Of a stretch of DNA of 32,000 nt, positions 25,640 through 32,000 are shown one piece after another. The translations under genes were made by a program, and so were the position numbers. The notes beneath the pieces are model-generated. The model saw only the letters and a list, made by a program, of their open reading frames with translations, was not told where the DNA came from and did no database searches. Source of the stretch: Candidatus Heimdallarchaeota archaeon (GTDB lineage Archaea; Asgardarchaeota; Heimdallarchaeia; Heimdallarchaeales; Kariarchaeaceae); NCBI GenBank assembly GCA_030149205.1, contig JASBSB010000007.1, forward strand, positions 1-32,000. Reading direction: 5' to 3'. Positions within the stretch are counted from its first letter, which is position 1; every line of letters begins with the position of its first letter.

Positions 25640-26800
25640 ATGACTTTGAGTGTTAAGGTACTCATTCCAAGAGAAAACATTGGAATCTTATCAAATTACT
25701 ATAATGAGAGTTTAGATGAAATTGTTACTCGATTTAAATTAAAGGATAATAAAAGCCATTTTGTTATAAGCTCAGCCCAGTTACGGAAATTAGGTGAATT
25801 TTTTGGATTAAGTACATCTTTATTACTCAGTGAGAAGGTACCACTTGAATCATTATTGACAAAATTAAAACTTCCGACCTTTCGATCCCAAAAATCAGAA
25901 AAATTGTCATATAAGACAATTAAGCAAATTTTAAAGGTTTATTACCTTAGAGACTTATTTAGTGAACTTAATTCGTCAAAGAAATACAAAAAATTTCCAG
26001 ATATAAATAAGAAATCTTCAATCGAATCAGCGAAAAAAATTTCAGAATATTTATCATTTGAATCTTTAAGAAAGAATGCAAAGAATCCAAGCAAGCTATT
26101 AACAACTGTGAGGAAGAGGATAGAAGAACATGGGATTTTGACATTTACGCAATCAATTTCTACATCAGAGACAAGAGGTATCTCTATAGCAAATGGTTAC
26201 CCAAAAATTATTATTTTAACAGATAAAGAATCAATTTCCAGTAGATTATTTACCTTATTTCATGAATTAGGACATATATTGTTGAATAAGCCAGGGATTA
26301 GTGATCCTAATTATTATTTTACATCAGTAAATCCAATAGAATCGTGGTGTGATAAATTTTCAGCAGAAATCCTCTATCCAAGAATTTTGATAGAAAATAC
26401 CTTTGATAATAAGCTTTCATTTATTCAAAATATTAAAAAAATCAGTAAACTAGCCAAAGGCAGTAAGGGTGGGGTTGCTTACAACTTAAAAAAGTATGAT
26501 CTCATTTCGGATAGAGACTACATGCAATTTAGAAACAGCTATGACCCAATAAGAGATCAACTTTCAAATGAAGAGAAATCAAGTGGAGGTCGTCAAACGG
26601 TTTCATCTCGGGTCATTTCCTCAAAGGGTTACACCTTTACATATACCATTATTAATGCGTTATCTGAAGAAAGAATCACAGATTTTGAAGCAATTGAAAC
26701 TTTGGAAATAAAATTAAAGAGTTTAGAAACAGTTATTGATCAGATACATAAACTTGAGAATACTTTCAGTGAACCTGATGTAAATAATTCTAATTATTAA
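25640..26800 (+). CDS. ImmA/IrrE-family Zn metallopeptidase with a degenerate N-terminal HTH
   Basis: RLFTLFHELGHILL (HEXXH), RGISI and ESWCDKFSAEIL. Adjacent to DUF4411, its usual partner. Confidence 0.88.
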   Translation: MTLSVKVLIPRENIGILSNYYNESLDEIVTRFKLKDNKSHFVISSAQLRKLGEFFGLSTSLLLSEKVPLESLLTKLKLPTFRSQKSEKLSYKTIKQILKVYYLRDLFSELNSSKKYKKFPDINKKSSIESAKKISEYLSFESLRKNAKNPSKLLTTVRKRIEEHGILTFTQSISTSETRGISIANGYPKIIILTDKESISSRLFTLFHELGHILLNKPGISDPNYYFTSVNPIESWCDKFSAEILYPRILIENTFDNKLSFIQNIKKISKLAKGSKGGVAYNLKKYDLISDRDYMQFRNSYDPIRDQLSNEEKSSGGRQTVSSRVISSKGYTFTYTIINALSEERITDFEAIETLEIKLKSLETVIDQIHKLENTFSEPDVNNSNY

Positions 26801-26884
26801 TTGGATAGTTAGAAAATAGAGAGAACACTTCATAAATATAAGTACAATTAAAGTGTTGCCTCAAGCGCGCAGAGAACCAATGCT

Positions 26885-28063
26885 TCAAATATTTTTTAAA
26901 AATTCACAGAATCGGTCAACCTCTTCTTTGGTGTTGTAGTAATGAACAGATGCACGTACCAGAGATTTGATGCCTCTTTTGCTCATGTCTACATACGCAT
27001 TCATTTCAGTTGTCACGCTGACGTTCATGTCATTAGCGATAAGCTTGTCCCTCAGCTCAAAGTTATCATGATTGTCATAATCAAAGGTCACAATACCACA
27101 CTTCTGTTTACCAAGGTCTCTCACCTTAACTCCATCTATTTTTTCAAGCTCATTCCTTAGGTAATCAGCAAGTTGACTTATTCGTTTCCAAGTAACTCCA
27201 ACATCTAAGTTTGCTGCATAATCAACTGCCTTACCGAGACCGAGAAAGTTTGCGTAGTTAAATTCAAATGTCTCAAACCTTCTTCTGTCAGGGTATGGGG
27301 AGTAGGTTTCATTGTCATAGCTAGCTGCCCAAGCGTCAATTACAGGTGGATGTAAATCTTGGATAATCTCAGGATTAACATAGAGAAATCCAGTTCCACG
27401 CGGTCCTCTGAGAAACTTTCTACCAGTTGCAGAAAGAAAGTCACATTGTGTCTTCGTGACATCAACTGGCATCTGTCCAAGTGACTGACATGCATCCAAG
27501 AGATAGAGTGCACCATTCTCCTTTGTTATTTTTCCAACCTCTTCAGCTGGATTTACAAGGCCAGAGTTTGTGGGTATGTGATTGATACTTACAACGGTCT
27601 TGTTTGAACCTAAATCAGTTTGCATTAATTTTTCAAGAGAACCGAGATCAAGCTGACCATCTTTATCGTCATCAATGAGTGAGATAGTTACACCTTTAAT
27701 CTTCTTCATGTGAAGATATGCCACGTAGTTTGCACAATATTCTGTGGTGGTCGTTAAGATTCGGTCTCCCCTCTTGAAGTCAATTGAGTAGAAAGCCATA
27801 TCCCAGGCTCTTGTTGCATTTTCAGCCCTTGATATGTGGAGAGGATCTGCACCCACGAGATTCCCTATGGATTTGTACACATCCAAGACCTGTTCATGTC
27901 TTGCTGCTGCAAGTTCATACCCACCAATAACCGCCTCATCCCTCAAATAAGAAAGAACTGTATTTAATACTGGTTGAGGTGGAAGTGATGCACCTGCATT
28001 GTTAAAATGTATCTTTTTATCTGTTCCGGGGGTATCTACCCTTAATGATTCTATGTCCAACAT
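26885..28063 (-). CDS. Class V PLP-dependent aminotransferase (cysteine desulfurase/EgtE-like C-S lyase)
   Basis: HFNNAGASLPP, LDACQSLGQ, ATGRKFLRGPRGTG (PLP Lys) and RASVHYYNT. Confidence 0.92.
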   Translation of the reverse strand: MLDIESLRVDTPGTDKKIHFNNAGASLPPQPVLNTVLSYLRDEAVIGGYELAAARHEQVLDVYKSIGNLVGADPLHISRAENATRAWDMAFYSIDFKRGDRILTTTTEYCANYVAYLHMKKIKGVTISLIDDDKDGQLDLGSLEKLMQTDLGSNKTVVSINHIPTNSGLVNPAEEVGKITKENGALYLLDACQSLGQMPVDVTKTQCDFLSATGRKFLRGPRGTGFLYVNPEIIQDLHPPVIDAWAASYDNETYSPYPDRRRFETFEFNYANFLGLGKAVDYAANLDVGVTWKRISQLADYLRNELEKIDGVKVRDLGKQKCGIVTFDYDNHDNFELRDKLIANDMNVSVTTEMNAYVDMSKRGIKSLVRASVHYYNTKEEVDRFCEFLKNI

Positions 28064-28453
28064 GAGGGTCTAGAGAATCTGAAGCACTTTAGAATTTCTC
28101 TGTCTGGACGAATTAATAGATAAATTAAGGGAATAATCTTCATTTTAACCTCTATGATGTAAAAATTGATTTTCATTCCAGAGTTGACATATTGGTTATC
28201 TGAAAGTAGAAAAATTCATTGTCAGTGACAAGTAATGTTAAAGTTCATTTAGAGTAGAACAGACCTGCCTACATATGTGGATTGTTTAATCTCATAAATC
28301 ATACTTTGGTAACTTTCAGGATTTAAGTCTTTGACAAATTAAATTTTATGTATATTATCTCTATCTCCCTAAGTAAATTGATAGAACTTGTCGAAATTCA
28401 GCTCAGGCTTGAGAATCCTTTTATCTTTCGGATTTAATCTTTCTCTGGTCAAA

Positions 28454-29110
28454 ATGTCAACCCTTGCGTTTATGAAAATATTAGAATCATCTCCGAGTCG
28501 TTATGACAGGGGAATCAAATATATAACTCTTGGAAAGGTTCCCGGTGTTTATGTGGAACTTGCAGAAAATGTCAGTACGGATATGATGGTACTTGATATA
28601 GGATGTGGGACGGGTTTGTTTTCTTTGCTTGCAGCAAAAAGGGGGGCAGTCGTTAAAGGAATAGACATTAATCCAGAGATGTTATCGATTGCAAAAGGTC
28701 GAGAGGGGGGAAAGGGGCTTGATGTTACCTTTGAGGAGAAGGGTGTTGCAGAGCTTGACTCAGAGCCAGAAGGAACTTATGACCTTATATTTGCTGGATT
28801 GGTATTTTCTGAACTTGAGGGTTATGAACAAAATTTCACCTTAAAACAGATTAAAAGGATCTTAAAGCCGAATGGAAAATTTATTTTGATTGATGAGGTA
28901 TCTCCATCAAGCGTTTTCAAGCGAATTATTCAACAAATAGTTCGGTTGCCAGTGGTTCTTGTCACGTATATTCTGACTCAAACCAGCACACGATCAGTAA
29001 AGAGACTTCCTCAGATGCTCAAGACATCAAGATTTAAGATTATTGAATCTAAGACTTACTTGTTGAGTTCGCTGGCATATTTCATATGTGTACCGGAGGT
29101 AGACAGATGA
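28454..29110 (+). CDS. Class I SAM-dependent methyltransferase, CpaM-like (ORF track starts at 28388; ATG 28454 preferred)
   Basis: VLDIGCGTG motif I, GIDINPEML and LKPNGKFIL. N-terminus MKILESSPSRYDRGI. ATGA overlap with the corrinoid gene. Confidence 0.88.
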   Translation: MSTLAFMKILESSPSRYDRGIKYITLGKVPGVYVELAENVSTDMMVLDIGCGTGLFSLLAAKRGAVVKGIDINPEMLSIAKGREGGKGLDVTFEEKGVAELDSEPEGTYDLIFAGLVFSELEGYEQNFTLKQIKRILKPNGKFILIDEVSPSSVFKRIIQQIVRLPVVLVTYILTQTSTRSVKRLPQMLKTSRFKIIESKTYLLSSLAYFICVPEVDR

Positions 29111-30246
29111 ATCTTAGGTATACTCTCATTTATGTGATATCAGTACTCACAAGATTCTTTCCCTTTCCAGCGAAGACAGGTATCTATAGAATTGGCAATC
29201 CAACACCAGATTCTCCTGTCTTGATTTCCGGGAACTATATCCTTTCTGTTGAGCTGTTAAAAAAGGAGCTTAAGGGGTTGAATCTATATCTTTTGGTAGC
29301 AAACAGCAGGGGAATAAATGTGTGGTGTGCTGCAACAGGGGGTCATTTCAGTAATCATGATGTGATTTCTGTATTGAAGACCAGTGGTATAGAGGATTTG
29401 GTCAACCACAGAAGATACATTCTTCCGCAACTTTCTGCCACTGGGATAGAGAGAAAGGTTATTCGCAAAAAAACAGAGTGGTGGGGTGAATGGGGACCAG
29501 TAAGAGCATCAGATATTCCGTATTTCCTTGAGAACTCTGGAAAGATATCAAGAGATATGAGAACGGTGGAGTTTCCAGCCAAGGACAGAATAGACATGGC
29601 AATTGCATGGGCCACAATAATGAGTGTTGTGGTTACTTTATTTACTGTTGGCTTCTCTCTGAATGCAGCTGTGATCAGTGTTCTCCTCTGTTGGTATGTT
29701 TCCTCTCTTATCTTTCTCTCATTTCCTCTGTTTCAATCCTGGTTTCAGAGTCATCAAAGTAACGAGGTTTGGAAGACAAAAATCCTTCATCCCTCTGTCA
29801 TTGCTCTTCTTACTGTTCCGATCTACTACTGGTTACTATCAGTGTTTCAATTAGATTCTATATTCAGAATAATTGAACCAATAATTGGGGTGGTAATTAT
29901 CTATGCTGTGGAGATTGATTTAAAGGGGTCTACGCCAATTTTCAAGAGTGACATGAATGATGAGAGGATCTTTGACATCAAACTTGATTATGATAAGTGC
30001 AGAGGAGCTGGAGATTGTGTGACGGTGTGCCCTAAGGATTGCTTTGTGTATCTTGATGAGAAGAAGAAGGTGAGTATTCCCCGTCCAGAGTCCTGTGTGC
30101 AATGTGGAGCTTGTGTGGTGCAGTGTCCTTTTGATGCACTATATCTTGAAAACCTAAATGGTGATCGAATGGAACCAGATACCTTACGAGAGTTCAAGTT
30201 AAATCTCATGGGCAAAAGAGCAGTTAAAATTAAAGAGATTGTTTAA
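29107..30246 (+). CDS. HgcAB-like fusion: CdhD/HgcA-type corrinoid domain + transmembrane helices + 4Fe-4S ferredoxin
   Basis: SPVLISGNY, GINVWCAATGG cap-helix-like motif, ILPQLSATG, WGPVRASDIP, hydrophobic helices, and CRGAGDCVTVCP / CVQCGACVVQCP. Confidence 0.88.
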   Translation: MNLRYTLIYVISVLTRFFPFPAKTGIYRIGNPTPDSPVLISGNYILSVELLKKELKGLNLYLLVANSRGINVWCAATGGHFSNHDVISVLKTSGIEDLVNHRRYILPQLSATGIERKVIRKKTEWWGEWGPVRASDIPYFLENSGKISRDMRTVEFPAKDRIDMAIAWATIMSVVVTLFTVGFSLNAAVISVLLCWYVSSLIFLSFPLFQSWFQSHQSNEVWKTKILHPSVIALLTVPIYYWLLSVFQLDSIFRIIEPIIGVVIIYAVEIDLKGSTPIFKSDMNDERIFDIKLDYDKCRGAGDCVTVCPKDCFVYLDEKKKVSIPRPESCVQCGACVVQCPFDALYLENLNGDRMEPDTLREFKLNLMGKRAVKIKEIV

Positions 30247-30305
30247 TTATATTAATGAGCTTTTAAGAAATATTAGGAATCCTAACCAGAGTGTTTGGAA
30301 TGAGA

Positions 30306-30977
30306 TTATGATGTGGCTTTTGGGCGAAACATTTTTTCTTTTATACCACTCATCATCATCATCATTTTACTAAACATAGATTTTTTCCTGTAATCTTTGA
30401 TTGTGACCTCTATTGCATTTGCCACATTTTTCTCTGCCTCAAACATTGCGATTCTGAGTGGACAGTTCTTTCCAAGGGGACAGGTATGACTTGACTTGTG
30501 TTCTATCATCCATGGATACACCGCTTTTTTCAAGAGTCTCTCCTCAAACATCTCTCTCTCATCTGAGGTGACATCTGCCCAGTCTGTGCTCTTGTAATCC
30601 TCATCCAGAACCATTTTTATAGAATCTACCAACATGTTAACATCGACCTTGTCTTTTTCGGTGTCGAATTTTTCATAGGGAAATCCGAGGGTGATGAAAT
30701 ACATGTTGTGAGCAACATAATAGAAGACAAGATTTGTATCCCCAATTTTTATGGTTATCACACCCCCTTCTCCAACGTCTTTTATTATTAATTCAGTTCC
30801 CTCATAATCGATTTTTCCACCCAGACCTCCTGCCTGAATTGCAGAGGTGAGTGCTGATAGAAAAGCACTAAAAATGACATCATCCTTCATTAGTGTCGAG
30901 CAGAAATGTCCAAAACATCTGCTGTAAATAGGGATCCCATCAGTTTTAAAAACAATAATGTACTCCAAGTTTAGCAT
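30306..30977 (-). CDS. Hypothetical protein with a putative longin-like N-terminal domain
   Basis: YIIVFKTDGIPIYSR...DDVIFSAFLSAL resembles the longin beta-beta-alpha start. The C-terminus has a CPLGKNCP motif. Confidence 0.55.
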   Translation of the reverse strand: MLNLEYIIVFKTDGIPIYSRCFGHFCSTLMKDDVIFSAFLSALTSAIQAGGLGGKIDYEGTELIIKDVGEGGVITIKIGDTNLVFYYVAHNMYFITLGFPYEKFDTEKDKVDVNMLVDSIKMVLDEDYKSTDWADVTSDEREMFEERLLKKAVYPWMIEHKSSHTCPLGKNCPLRIAMFEAEKNVANAIEVTIKDYRKKSMFSKMMMMMSGIKEKMFRPKATS

Positions 30978-31265
30978 GAAATAAAATGTACGTGTACCCT
31001 AATTAATGTATTGTAGTATTTAAAGAACAAACAAAAGAAGATATTTAATTAATTATATTGTGAATGTATGATTGATTTCATTAATCAATTGTCATTTTTC
31101 GGGAACGATTTTTGTTTAAGAGAATACCGGGGTTGAATAATAACCTTTCTGGTGGTTTAACAGAATCATCAAGTAATTGTATGCTGAGATATTCCACTCA
31201 AAATTTTCAGCGAAAGAGTACATTTTGTGGTATTAACTTAAATTCTCTAAAAAATAATCTAGCTC

Positions 31266-32000
31266 ATGAGTGAAATCTTAGCTTCTCTGGGTTTAGGTTC
31301 AGATGAACAAAAAATCTACAAAACGCTTTTGGTAAGTGGTCAGCTAACAGCTGGAGAGATAAGAGCAATAACCAAACTTACATCTTCAATGGTTGATTCT
31401 ACGCTTGGAAAACTGGTGGAACAGGGTCTCGTAAGAAGTGTCCCCGGAATGTCTGAGCGTTATGCAGCATTGCTTCCTGTAAAAAAGGTAAAAGAGGGGT
31501 TAGATCAATCTATTATGGAACTATCCACAGTTACTAGAGAGCTAGATGAGAGCTCTAAATCAACATCTTCTGCTCTAGATCAGATCAACCAGGAATCGCT
31601 TCAGAAACTGGATGCTAGCCTTGAATCAAGCCGTGGTGTAATTTCTGAGATGTATGAGAATGCAACAAAAGAGCTCACAGATGAGAAGACTAAGACGGAG
31701 AGCCAAATAACACAGACTTCTGAAAGCAGACAACAGGTTGTCAAGCAATATTTAGGTGAGACTCAGGGTCAGGTTAACTCTCTCATTGACTCCACAGTTG
31801 AAAAGGCAGAAGATCAAACAACCACTGCCAAGGAAGCGGTGAATCGTACAGCCACAGAGCTTGTTGATACCACTATTTTACCTGATCGAGAGTTTGAGGT
31901 CAACACCACACCATTAGACAGCTTTCCAACTACTGTGACAACTGAGATGAATGCCTACAGAACCGATATTGAAGGATCATTAAGCTCACAACAAGACAAA
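31266..32000 (+). CDS. TrmB-like wHTH followed by a long helical/coiled-coil region; truncated by the window edge and missing from the ORF track
   Basis: Manual translation from ATG 31266 gives MSEILASLGLGSDEQKIYKTLLVSGQLTAGEIRAITKLTSSMVDSTLGKLVEQGLV, and the frame stays open to 32000. Confidence 0.8.
   Translation, partial: MSEILASLGLGSDEQKIYKTLLVSGQLTAGEIRAITKLTSSMVDSTLGKLVEQGLVRSVPGMSERYAALLPVKKVKEGLDQSIMELSTVTRELDESSKSTSSALDQINQESLQKLDASLESSRGVISEMYENATKELTDEKTKTESQITQTSESRQQVVKQYLGETQGQVNSLIDSTVEKAEDQTTTAKEAVNRTATELVDTTILPDREFEVNTTPLDSFPTTVTTEMNAYRTDIEGSLSSQQDK

Noticed and set aside
28454-29110. Methyltransferase as part of SAM-AMP type III signalling
   Set aside because: It lies 10 kb from cas10, is coupled to the corrinoid gene, and no CorA, NrN or SAM lyase gene is seen.
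3772-30215. Short antisense or overlapping ORFs in the track (e.g. 3772-4032, 5242-5469, 12641-12880, 14542-14775, 17224-17628, 29355-29615)
   Set aside because: They are shadows of longer genes with clear family motifs and have no recognisable motifs of their own.
29107-30246. Calling this gene a bona fide mercury methylase (hgcA/hgcB)
   Set aside because: The cap-helix motif deviates, the gene is fused, and the HgcB terminal cysteines are absent.
1-32000. Self-targeting spacers, tRNA/rRNA genes, IS elements
   Set aside because: None were noticed by eye. An exhaustive spacer-versus-window alignment and a tRNAscan/Infernal run were not possible, so absence is not proven.

Overview
The window is archaeal, probably Asgard/Heimdallarchaeia-like. 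That is an inference from the LRR, longin-like, TrmB-wHTH/coiled-coil and wHTH-membrane genes; no marker gene is present. Bases 1-19.8 kb form a CRISPR-Cas locus with a mirror-image core. Two divergently transcribed arrays have related 37-nt repeats (32/37 identical) and near-identical inverted leaders (about 89% over 126 nt). The left arm (minus strand) is DUF2797 - a 946-aa Cas1 derivative with substituted catalytic residues and a ~470-aa low-complexity insertion - a 268-aa Cas2 with a large acidic insertion - cas4 - leader - array 1. The right arm (plus strand) is a stand-alone Cas1 with an intact catalytic triad - leader - array 2. Converging on array 2 is a type III (Csm/III-D-like) effector operon with an HD-less, GGDD-intact Cas10 and no recognisable CARF/SAVED effector, preceded by a Cas6 that also has a disordered insertion. 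The rest of the window holds an LRR gene, two PIN-containing gene pairs, an ArsR-wHTH membrane protein with a tandem operator, a class V aminotransferase, a methyltransferase + HgcAB-like fusion pair, a longin-like gene and a truncated TrmB-like gene. The top candidate for a novel system is a split-function adaptation module: one active Cas1, one dead giant Cas1, an expanded Cas2, Cas4 and a translationally coupled DUF2797 putative nuclease. All calls come from manual motif reading; no database searches were run.
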